Origin: Ruditapes philippinarum
Lineage: Eukaryota
Direction: 5' to 3'
NCBI RefSeq assembly: GCF_026571515.1
Contig: NW_026864499.1
Coordinates: forward strand, 1-64,000
DNA: 64,000 nt
Program-made: the position numbers and the translations under genes
Notes under the pieces: model-generated
Seen by the model: the letters and a program-made list of their open reading frames with translations, nothing else
Databases searched by the model: none
Told to the model about the DNA's origin: nothing
Shown: positions 24,191 through 36,215 of the stretch, piece by piece
Numbering within the stretch: the first letter of the stretch is position 1
Layout: each line of letters opens with the position of its first letter

Positions 24191-27100
24191 TTACTCTTTC
24201 TGGGGGAAAGCTAATCTGCTAAGAAACTGTTGAAGTAAATCCGTTTGTTGCTGCACACATTGCTGAATCTCATTTTTTAACTCAGCCTTGACCAGAGTCA
24301 ATTTATTATCCATGTTTTCACTCATTTCAGCCTTAATTTGCGATACTTGTTTAGCAACTTCTTGTGAAATGTTATCATTTGCAACTTTGAGTCTATCGTC
24401 AACAAGCGAAAGTAGTACTGACGTAGAAGCGTCTTCACTAACTGACGTATTCATTGATATGGCAGAGTCGGTCCTTGAATTTGAGAAAGGTCTGGATGGC
24501 TTTGGGGTAGAAGACCTAAATAAGACATTTGGATAAAGAGACATTGCTGAAGCGGGCGAAAGCAGATCACTGTCTTTCCCAAAAGTTTTTAATGTCCCTT
24601 CGATTGGAAGTTCTAATGCCTTCAATATATCTTTTACTGGGGTAACAATAAATCTTCCGTCATCCAGTCCGCCTTCAAGCATACCTACGAGGCTTAACTC
24701 ATCATTTTCTTCAATGAATACAAAAGCTCCAGAATCACCATTAGCAGCAAATACGTCTTCACCAGCAGAGAGTACTTCTATCTGGTTATGAAGTAAGAAA
24801 CCAGCACCTCCATGTTCTCCAACTGGATTGGAAGTTCGCACTGCTCCACCCTTCAACCGAAAAACACCACGTGTAATTTCTGTGCACCATCCATATTTGA
24901 TCACTACTGATCCTTTATTCAGCTCCTCCAGTTCACATATTTTTCCATTGCAAAAGGTCATTGGGTTTTCTTCTGAAAATCCTGAAAGACATGAATTTAC
25001 TAAGATGAAAAACTTGCAAGAGTGGAAAATACCCTTCCAAGCATATAATGTAATTAATTAAAAATATTTAAAAAATTGAAAGCAATAAAATATGTATTTC
25101 ACTACATAATGACACCTAAATAACAAGAGAGGCCAATGAAAATAGTACCAATATTTAATGTTTACCTGTCCTGTCTGAAAACCTTTGTCTGTATCGGGGA
25201 ATCGTCCGTCCACTGGAAATCTAGAGTCAAGTTTGATCAGTGCAACTTCCACACCAGAATCCCCATTTCCACCAGTGTTATACACTAAACTAACTAAGTG
25301 ACCAAACGAACGTGACCCGGGACAAATTGGTTGAAAAACAGGAACATTTGATTCTTGATCCGTCAAATGTTTTTTTCCATTACTCGGAAGTTTGTCTAGA
25401 TCGCGACAAAGAACATGCCCACATGTTATGCAACATAAACCATGTTTCGGATGTTCAAGAAATCCGCCAAGTGTGCCAGCAAGTCCATGTTCATTTTCAG
25501 TACTGCCCCTTATAGCACATCCCATCCGTAAGTTCTCAAGGTGTTCATCTGGTCGCCCGCCAAGAAATTGTTTAAACACAGCTTCGCGCACATCCACAGG
25601 ATAGTCTCCTACATGTTCAGGAAAAGGTTTCTCTTGTAATGGTATATAACCTTTTACATGAACATACAGTGTAACACATTGTCTGTCTAGAATTTTCTTG
25701 TCAGACTTGTAACCTTTAGATATTTTTGAACTAGCTGACACCATCGTTAATTTACTGTGGTTACGCATCAAGGTAGCTGAATTTTGATTGACACAGTTTG
25801 TCAGTTTAGGTAAATCTTCGAAATCTATTTCTGACTCATATTCAAGCTTGTTTATGTATTTACTTTCGGTACTGCATATGGAGGCCTCTCTTTCATATGT
25901 TCTGAACACATCTCCGATACCTAAGTCGCGTTGATTAGCTTTTATTACAACAAAAGTGATATTGTCCAAAGCAGTTGTCGTATCTTTATCGTAAAAATAT
26001 GCTGGCCATATGTCTATATAATTTTCAGATGCTTTTCCCCGTAAATATTTGCAGACTGATATGCATATATCAGATACAATCAGGGAACATCTTCCGAAAA
26101 TCGAACTTGCCTTATCCAGCAAATCTTGATCTGGAAGCTTTCTTTCTTTTAGCAGTGTACCGATTTGATTATGGTCTTGGAGTTCGAGGCATGACAACCA
26201 GGCTGTGTGATCTAAAACAGATAAAGAACTTGATAGTTATTTTTACCATCTTCCAATGGAAATTATTAAGAGTCCATTTTTAAAAGTTATTATCCAATGT
26301 ACAATGAATAACAAGACATTTATTATCGTAACTCGATTTTAAAAAAGGCACCGTCCCCAAGTGATAAAAGGCACCGACTTGCTAGGGAGCGTGGAAGGAA
26401 ACTTGCCTTTTTTCAACTTTTTTTTGAACAGGCTCGATCAAACCGAGCAGTCTGCATCATTTTCAATTTTGTCGTTTTAGGAGTTCTTTAAGGATTTCGT
26501 TTTTCTCTATTTTTAAATCAATTGCCCCTCACCACTGCTTGCACGACAGCTATCAATGTAGCTTTAAGGAGGTCGGCGGTTCTAATCATGTGCCCACATG
26601 AAGACGCACTTGAGGTCTTCCTCCACAAGTTAAGATAGAAATGTACCTTGTGACCTTTACAGTGTAACATAAAATACAAGAAAACAAACAAACAAAACAA
26701 TCATCAACATCTTATTTATCATAAGACGATGTTTTGGTATACGCCCAACAGTTTATTTTAATGCCACTATTATAGGGAGAGGCACTTAGATTTACCCTTG
26801 TCCGTTCGTCCGTTCTCATGTTGTGTTGCACGTAGCTTAAATAGTATTTGATCTTTAGTAATAACACTTCACATGAATATTGGTCGGCATGTGTAGTTGT
26901 GCACCTGGGCGTTTGCGTGTGTATTTATTCAACATTTTAGAGTTATTGCTCTTGACATTGTAAAAATTTGCAATTTTCAACTTGTGTGTCAAACGTTACT
27001 CTAAAATATTTGTCCTAGGGTCATGGAACTTTACAGGATTGTTGCATAGGATGTGAAATTGTGTGCACTTCTTGGGATTTTGCATGTGGATTTATTCTGT

Positions 27101-30100
27101 TTTGTCAGACTTATGGCCCTTGACTTAGTAAAAATTTGCATTTTTCTGTTTGTGTCGTATGTATTGACCTAGAGTCATAAAATTTAACTGGAATGATGGT
27201 CAGCATATGTTGTTGTGCACCTGGGGGTTTGCTCGTGGATTTTTTTCAGTTTTTGTAGGGTTATTGCCCTGACTTAGTAAAAAGCATTCCCAAATGTTGT
27301 GTTATGTGTGTCTTAAAATCAACCAACTTTAAAGGAATAATGAGATCAATATCATTGTGACGCTGTGTACCAGGGTGTTTTTCGTGGGGATTTTTTTTCT
27401 GTTTTGTTAGAGTAATTTTCAATATTCAACTTGTTCATGCATAGCTCAAAAAGTATTTGATCTATATTCCTGAACGTTTATAAGAATGTTGGTCAGCATG
27501 TTTAGTTATGCACGTTGAGGTTTGCTTGTGGTTTTATTTAGTATTTGTAGAGTTTCTGCCCTTGGCGTAGTAAAATACTTTCAGTTTTTTTTCTTGTGTC
27601 GCATGTAGCCCAAAATATATTTGACATAGAGTCAGTAGATTGACAAAACAGGGGAGTGTTGGGGCACCCGTATCTTTAGACACATTTCTAGTATTGTAAT
27701 CCATTTATCATATGTGAATGGATGTTGTAGATTTCATAACTAATGCACAGACTATGTACAATGTCTCTTTCTAGACATTTATACCTGTATGGTATTTAAG
27801 CATTAAGTACCAGTTTAATATGTTTCATTTGTACAAGTTTTTCTGCATAGATTTCACTGTTTTTGTGAACGTATTATATACGTTTACGTTAATCTTACTC
27901 TATGACCCTTTTCGCCATTATTATGTGTCTAATATGATCAATTATGTACCTATTTTCCAATCATCCTTCTGCGACATTTCCATCGATGTTTCAGATGTGA
28001 AGTTTTCTATGTATTCCCCCAACGTCGGTTTAAATATGTCCTTATTTCGAGTTCCAGTTTCTCTCTGAAGATTGGTTTCATCAAACATACACGTTGTTTC
28101 TTTCTCATTCGAATCGTCTGTTATATTTGTGTTATCGGAACATTCAGACTCCGAATTACTTTCTTCACTTTTGTCATCAATATTGTCACCAGCCTCTGTG
28201 AATTCTGTTAAATTATGTGACGTCGGTCTTTCAAATATAGACTTCTCATCTGAAAATGAACAACTTTGCAAGATAGCATGATTTGGCTGCGTTGATTGTT
28301 ATCATTCCTTTCTTATACATGTTCTTATATAATAAATCGTGTCTTTTTAAAACTATTTTCAGTTCCCTTTTAAATTCCCATATATTGAAACAAATTGACT
28401 GTTAACATCTCATCAAAACAGGTTTTTTTATATAATTATTATAGTATTATGAACATTTTGTAGGATAAAATGATATTAAAATCTTTTTATCCTAGCATAG
28501 CTTTCTTTCATTATTGTGATGAAGGAAACTATAATTATGCTTGACAGTACCAGTTAGGAAAGAAAGAAATCCAGAGGATTTCAGATGTATTACAGTATTA
28601 CACTATCATTGTATAATACAGTGTATATATATATATGTACGTAATTGTCAAAGATAACAAAGGCGCATTTACAAACAATAGAAGATTTCATTGTGTAACA
28701 CAGTTTATCTTCACTTTAAACCATTTGGTTATAAATGCACAAACTGTCTTTACCACTTTACTTGACTGATATAGTTGTTTATTTATATCATGTACATATC
28801 TTATTCAAACAGGTAATCAATTTTGGGCAATACCTAAAATATCCCAGGATAAACATTTAACAGTGGATGTTGTCTCGATAATAAAACATGCATTCTGAAG
28901 GTAATTCATAATTTCAATTACTGAATTCCATAGATTGTTTTGGGGTATCATTTTCATGTGTATATAAATAATTTATTTGTTTTTAAAATACATCATTAAG
29001 GCACTTACTACTGTATTTCCTTGAACAAACAGTACTTGTATCCGTCTACAAAAAATATAATTTTTATGAGATTGTTTTAAATGTAATAAAATACGTCTTC
29101 AATGAATGCTATTCTAAACTAGATTTGTATGGTGATGTTTTTTTAGTTCAATTATTACAAATGTAGCATTTCAAAATCACGATATAATCTTTAAATTATG
29201 TACAGTGTTAAGCATGAATTGATTTGGAGACATTTTTTTGTTTCGGTTCAATTATGATTCTCATACAGGTAGTCGTCTATTCCTTTCCTATATTCCTATA
29301 ATATAAGAAAATAACAAGAACTGTCATTATTACCTGAGTGTCATGGTCAGCTGTATCACTGTCACATTGTACTTTGATCCTTGGACACTGCTCCACCCTT
29401 TCAATTGCATCACGAACTTTACCCAGGCATTTGTTTAACTCAGCTATGTCAGAATGCAATCTGTTTTCAACGTATTCAAACCGTTCTTGTAGTCTACATT
29501 CTTTATCAAAAGCAAAAAAAGAATGGAGCATGTCCTCGATATCTTTGACACAGTTGATCATATATCCCATCTTTTGTACATCAGAACCATGGTAAGCCTC
29601 GACCGCATGAGCAATATGTTTGTGGTTTACCATTCCAAAACCCTGAAAAGATTTTTTTTGAATTGTGCAAGTTGTAAAGGATACATATTTAACTGACGAT
29701 ATTTGATTACTAGTTTTTCTTTGCAAATAAATACACACTCCAAATTTAAACAATACCATATAGGTAATTCTGATTAGAGATTCATCCCGACTTGTAAACG
29801 ATGGTACATGTAAGAAATTGAAATAAATTTCATTAACATTCTTAGATCTATATTATCAATTTCTAATCCGTTATCATCAAACCTGTTCGGGAATTGTTTG
29901 GCAAGTAACCGGGGTGATCTGTCCATGACCATCATAACCTTCCTCTCTGATTTCAATATGAAACTTTCGCTGTGATTGAGAATGCATGTCATGTGCATCA
30001 ATATGCAAGGGGTCATCATTTCCTAAAAAATCATTAAATATTCCATGAAAATGTATAGATAAACACTAACACAAATAACAAAAGAAAACAACACACAAAA

Positions 30101-30454
30101 ACGGCGTTTTATTATTGTAGTAATATTATGTGTAATTGTAATTTTGGAGCTTGCAACATTTTGCTCTATTGAGCGACTTAAAATGTTTCCATTTTGGATA
30201 AAATAGCTTTAAATTACACAAAACCTTTTGTAACACGAGTAAAATGCATATAAAGCAAAATGAATCTTGTTTATGAGCTCTTTGTTCTTGGGTTATATTG
30301 AAGGATTAATACCACTTTCCAAGAGCAGTACACAAGGAAGGCTTATATCGGAAAAATATTGAACACCCTGTTCCCTATGCACTCTGTAATTATTGTTGGT
30401 GATATCATTTCCAGACTCGTCATCAGAAATACTGTCGTCTTCATATTCATCCAT
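24191..30454 (-). CDS. 7-exon gene, ~900 aa: unknown N-terminal region, acidic linker, NAL1-like trypsin-fold serine protease, C-terminal coiled coil
   Basis: Exons 30454-30313, 30022-29883, 29642-29334, 29045-29009, 28249-27950, 26211-~25170, 24981-24191. The first five introns are phase-compatible GT-AG; the last donor is ambiguous. Motifs FPEHVGDYPVDVRE, GTLGG, ITCGHV, GVEVALIKL, KYG.CTEITRG, FAANGDSGAFV, LVGMLEGG. Confidence 0.75.
26520..26700 (+). mobile_element. Degenerate SINE copy in an intron
   Basis: GGTCGGCGGTTCTA...TGAGGTCTTCCTCCAC...TGACCT followed by an (AAAC)n tail. Confidence 0.65.
26755..27692 (+). mobile_element. Non-autonomous Helitron/Helentron-like element with an internal ~150-170 bp tandem array (~5 units)
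   Basis: 5' box with (GTCC/GTTC) microrepeat. Repeated TGGTCAGCATGT.TAGTTGTGCAC..GGG...GCCCTTGACTTAGTAAAA units. 3' end GGGGCACCCGT...ACACATTTCTAGT. Confidence 0.75.
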
Positions 30455-31282
30455 CTTTACACCTGACTGGAGAATATATAAATTGTTTGGTTATTACATA
30501 TTGCTGAACTTTATAAGGAATATTTTTATGAAGTTTAAATTAAAATTGAGCATAGTTCCAACAGTTTAGCTGAGCTGTCTGTAGAATCCGTATTTCATTG
30601 AATAATCATGGGAGATGTGGCGTAAAAAATAGTTAGAACCAACAAAGATAAGAGTTTAAATCTAATAAATATACAGGATTTATGCACCTTCTTTAGCGTT
30701 ATTAACAAAACGAAACAAAAGCATTAGGACACATTTAAAACCCAAGCCCTCGGGGCGAGGGATATAATAAAGTCCGGAGGCATTGCATCTGCAAGAGTAT
30801 ATGCATTAAAAACGGTGCATTGGCGCTATTTTTGTATACAGTATACGTTTGACCCGGTAATTTTGCATTTCGTTATTCGTCTTTCGTTTAGTATTGAATT
30901 TGAGACACAAGCGTGATGCCACTTGATCATCACCCTAGTCTGTGTCTCTTTCAATAGCAGTGACATGATCAAATGAAAATAAATTACAAATACTTAAATA
31001 ATAATCAACACCTGCATATTTTAAAATACAATTTGTAATGCTTAAATAATGTGTGGGATATAGCCTGTAATTAGTTTTGAAAATAAATGTTAACACAGAA
31101 GCGGCAATATTGAAACTTGTTTGTACTTATGTTTTTATTCATCATCTTTTGACATGCATATCGCTGGTAATATGCGATTAAATGCCACCAACTGATTGAA
31201 CAGAAACAACTTTTATCTCTTAAATTATTTATTAACGTTGAATCAAATCAGACGAGTACAAACCCTCAATATCTCCGTGAAG

Positions 31283-31512
31283 GTGATAATCGTGATGGTG
31301 CTGATGATGATGATGACGTTGGTGTTGTTGATGATGGGTATGATGGTGTTGGTGGCGATATTGGAGATGGGGATGATGATGGTGGTGGCGGGGATGATGG
31401 AGATGGTGGCGGTTATGGTAATGATGAAGATGTTAGTAAAGATGATAATGATGACGGTGGTGACGATCCTAGTGATGGTGGATTTTTTTTCTTATGTTGA
31501 TTTTGATGATGA
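31283..31512. repeat. Degenerate (GAT/GGT)n trinucleotide repeat
   Basis: Direct inspection. Confidence 0.85.
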
Positions 31513-34004
31513 TCAGGTCAAAACTTTATTTTCAGTTTAGAAAAACATGAGAAAGTTAGGTATAACCGTAAGCAAGCAATTTTGGAAAGGGATACAGATT
31601 GTGCAATGCACTACACTTAAAATCACTGCCTCCGATCCCTGCCCCCTCCCCTTTACACGATCCTGGAGGGGTTACGGACATAGCAAGGATAAGAAGTCGA
31701 ATTTGGATATTTGACAATGGTATAGGACCAGTTGGATTGGGGATGAGTGTGATCACCTGGCCTTCCATCAACGTTTTTGTCCGTTGACACTGATATCCTG
31801 ATGAAAATTTCAAAATAACTAATAATATTGTATGCTTTTTATTGATTTTGTTTATGCGACGAAACCACATAACATTAACCGGTCTAGTTTAATTAATAAT
31901 TGGAAATCACAGTAAACATGAATTCGACCACGTTTTTGCAGCAGCGCTGTTACTCGGCTGTGATATGAAGGAACTAAATCGTGTCTACAAAAATAGCTGA
32001 TTTAGCAGTGTGTAACCTAACCGTTCTTCCACGCAATCAAAACTTATTATTTCTAGTGTTTATTGGCCTCTACATTAATTTGAATAAAGACTATAAAAAT
32101 TCATTTGATTTCTGGTTGACTTATTTGACACAAAAAACAATAGTTTAACTATGTAATCTATAAAATTCTCATGATTATTTGGCAAAACAAAAGGATTAAC
32201 TACTTACAAATTACAATGTGAATTTCCTCAAACATGCAAACATATTATCATCACTACAGTACATGAAATTCTTCGCTGCAAAACGGATACTTTCTTTTGT
32301 AATGTTTGTAACTAAGTGATTTATCTGGGATTTCGTATTAGATCAGATTTATTTTTAACTTATAGCTGTCGTGACATCACACCAAGGGCGGAAGTAAAAA
32401 GACCGCCGTAATACCAGGGGGTTTAAGGCAAAAATAGCTACCCATGCCATATTCTAAATAAATGTAGATACTATGCATGTTCTTTCTTAGAAACTCTGGT
32501 TCAGTCTGTTTATATTGTTTACCGTCGTTTAAAATGTGGGTATATTTGAATTGGTTACACAAGTGTTTAAATAATAGTTTTGCACATACATTATAACGGT
32601 AGCATAATAAACCTTCAAAATATCCATGCTTTCCGGAAATCTGTACACGGATTATATTTTGTTATCATTCGCAATTTTATGTGTCATATTGTGTAAACGT
32701 GCTATTTTAGTCGTGTTCCATCGGGGACTAGACACTCGCTACGCTGTCTGCTCACTTACGATGTATTAATAGTAGACATTGAATAATAAAATGAATAATA
32801 TTATATTGGTAACAGCTAATTTTAAAATGCGACTCAATTACATAATTACTCATGTTTCTGTAGCGTATATAGGTTGTACATATATCTGGCAGGTGTTGCT
32901 TCACTGTTGTTTTCCAGGTTCTTCTTTTAACAAAGTGTGACGAAAAAACGGGGGAAAGTGCATTTTGTAACATATACATCTTGATAACCAACAAGTAATT
33001 TAGAAGCATTGAAAGCGCGGATCATGAAAGGGGGCGCTTAAGAGGTTATGACACCCCCTAGTTATGACTTCCTAAGATCTGGCAAGTTTGTCGAATCCGT
33101 GATTTCACGAGATTTGAATGTTTTAAATAGCCAAATTTGCGCACACATTTAGCTTGTGACCCCTCTGGAAAACTAGTAAAATGCAATCTCCTTTCGAATA
33201 TGCATTACTCTACCCCCTTTCAATTTTTTTGCAATCTTCTCAGGGAAAAACTGATCCGCATCTATGAATTGACTTTTGTGAATGAAAACAATGCGATATA
33301 ATTAAATTAATAAATTATTATCTAGTATAACTGTTAATGATATATAAAATATTTAATAAGATTCAATTAGCTATACAAATTGACAGTGAATTGATATGTA
33401 AAGGATTTAGTCACTGTCATTTTTGTGACTACCAATAAAGAATAGATGATACTAAACTACCACGTATTTTGATTTATGGTCTGTTATTCACACCGACAAG
33501 GGTTTTATAAACACAAGGGTGTAAGGATTATCTTTAATTATGATGGGTAATCGTATCTTTTACATTTAATCTGCTTGTAGGTAAAAGCATCTATATGTAG
33601 TATCATTTATTGTTACAAAAAAGAAAGATCTTTGTTACTTTTTTTTAGGAAAAGAGGATCTTTGTTACTTTTTTCTATTACAAATCTATAACATGTTTAT
33701 CATTTATAAATATTGTATCAATCATTTTGAAGCGGACATATATTGTTTTTCAATGGATCACAATTATTTCAGCATGATTGATAATTGTTGTTGACGGACA
33801 GATCACTTTTATATAATAGAGGATGCATGCGTTAATAGTAAAATGGTGGTCCTTATAGACCTGCAAACTGCAAAAGATACCGTTTTATATTACCAATCCA
33901 AAACATATCCCTTACAATTTATAAATTATAATGCACTGATTGATATACTGAAATAAAGAATAATGAAGAATAAAGGTCAAACAACGTAATATGCAAGCGT
34001 CATT

Positions 34005-34260
34005 TTTGTTGTTGTTGGGTTTTACTTCGCAACAACAACACAGTGTAGGTCATATAATTATAGCTATTGTCCAGCTTTACTGGTGCAGGGAGAGTTGCCA
34101 TTCCATGCATTCATTCAGGTAAGAACGGGCAAATGATTAGAACCACCGACGTTCCCTTAACTAACATGATAGATTCATCACATGCAGAAAATCTAAGTCC
34201 CTGTCGGTATTCGAACTCACAACGGTGAGTGGCAAGTGTTTTGAAGTCAACGACCTTAGC
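34005..34260 (-). mobile_element. Degenerate full-length SINE copy
   Basis: Core TCCAGCTTTACTGGTG...AGAACCACCGAC and minus-strand B box GAGTTCGAATAC. Confidence 0.7.
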
Positions 34261-35169
34261 GCCGTTTGATAATAGATCTAAGTCACTATTAGGTGATATA
34301 GTAATGTGTGACTTCTGGATTAAACTACAAAGACAACCACTATATTAATAAAAACCAACAACAAACAACAATAACAGCAACAACAACAGATCGTTTTCTA
34401 CATTCGGCAGTCAAATAAATTCCCTTAGCAAATAACACACCAAATCGTCAAAGACATCAAGTCAATATTTACAACACAATAATCATTCATTCATTAAATG
34501 TTATCTTGGTATAGTTAGCACAAAGGTATGAAAACAAATATTCTACTAATTAATGAAATCTTACTTCATATTATTTCAGTCCGAAGACTTTGGCCTTTTT
34601 ACTGACACTAAATATTTGTATTTGTTAAAAAGATACATTTAGTCTAAAATCATAAATGCCATAGAGCAACAATATAAACATGACAAAAAGAGAGTTATTC
34701 TACATTAGATTTTGCTTATTATCAATAAAGTGTCTAAAATAATTTAAATCATTCAGAAGATATATTTCTAATTTAAAGCAAAAGGGCATGTACCAGTAAA
34801 TCAGAAATTATATACCATTCCATAAAAAAGAATTAAAAAAAATATAGAAAAAATATCTGTTTTGGATAAGAACTATATGAGATTTGATGTCCGTCCTTCT
34901 AGAGCATTTGCACAATGTACAAAGTTGAATGTATGTATATAAAACTTGAATAAATGTATGTATATCATTAATGTACACGTATTTTCTGGAATAAAATATG
35001 TTAAAATTAATCATCGGCCATAAAATAGCTGTCAATCAATATAAAACAGACATTTCACTATGATCATCATATCATATGTTATTAATAATTAGTTCTTTTA
35101 CATTGTGTACAATCATATATCAAATATCTCCAACAGTAATTTTTCGAAGCATTATAATCGAGTGTGCGT

Positions 35170-36215
35170 CTATTTGAACAACACTGAACATACAGCAAAC
35201 AAAATAAGAAATGCGATGTTATATTCTGCTGAAAGGGCGCTGTTGAGCTCAGAGTCCAAACACACGAGGTCTGACATGGACAGATCAATGATTGGTTTGT
35301 AGTAGATCCGCGGAATTATTTCATCTGCCGTGCAGTTTAACTCACTTTTATTAACTGGAACGGTGGTTTCGTTTAACCACTTGTAAGTGGTTATAAGTCT
35401 GCAGTCGCATACAAATGGATTGTGGTCAAGTTTTACAAACCGAAGATTCTGCAGTTGTTCAAGTTTGTTCATAAACTCTACAGAAAGTGCTTGTATCTGA
35501 TTGTAAGAGTAATCAATCATTTCAAGACTATCCAAGCAACCTGTTTCCATTGGTAATAAAGCATAATGGAGATCATTATTGTCAAGGTTCAATGCCTTAA
35601 GGGCTGGCATGTGGCACAGAACGTTTGTGGATAAGAATGAATCCGTGAACAGTAACTGTTTGTTGTTACTAAGCTCCAGAGTTTCTAGCGAAATATAATC
35701 CGAGTCGCCAAATATTCTTGCCAGTGGAACGACCTGGAGATCGTCGTCCCAGTCTCCATAGAACGTGTTCGTCAAGTCTAAATATTTCAGAGAGGGAAGA
35801 CTGGCAAAGTAATTTGTGTCAAACGGCATGTTGGAAATTTTCCAATTATTGTTCTTCAATATAAGAGTTTCTAAGTTAGGAAAACAATGGAAGGTCTTCC
35901 TGTGAATTGTTGAAATGTTATTATTTGACAAATCCACAGTTTTTAAACTGAGTAATTCCAGAGACATATCATGTCTGCACGAACCAAACGTATTGGCCGG
36001 TAATTTTTGTAGATTGCTGTCAGTAATGGTAATAGAAGTCACATCGTCTTTGATATAATGAAGCAATTTTGTAATATCTCCAGACAGTTTTTTCTCATAA
36101 TGACATTCCACTTCATAATCCGTACATATGCAATTTTCAAAATGATCTTTGTAATAATCCTTTCCTATAACAGTTTGAACACCAAGAACAAAAACAAACA
36201 GGTTATTAAAACCAT
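35170..36215 (-). pseudogene. Second TPBG-like LRR paralogue; 1-nt frameshift in the signal peptide (pseudogene or assembly error); GPI-like C-terminus
   Basis: Collinear with the 18345-19499 protein (KDYYKDHFENCICTD.EVECHYEKKLSGDITKLLHYI; NPFVCDC). ATG at 36215 gives MVLITCLFLF, and GVQTVIGKDY continues in another frame. Ends ...NSALSAEYNIAFLILFAVCSVLFK. Confidence 0.75.

Noticed and set aside
29774-30019. 81-aa ORF as an independent gene
   Set aside because: Alternative frame of the protease gene's exon 2 plus intron.
30225-30312. Premature stop in first exon of the protease gene
   Set aside because: A phase-1 donor at 30313/30312 upstream of the TAA joins the next exon in frame, so the stop is probably intronic.
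31196-31540. 114-aa Met/Val-rich ORF resembling a membrane protein
   Set aside because: Translation of a (GAT/GGT)n simple repeat; non-ATG start.
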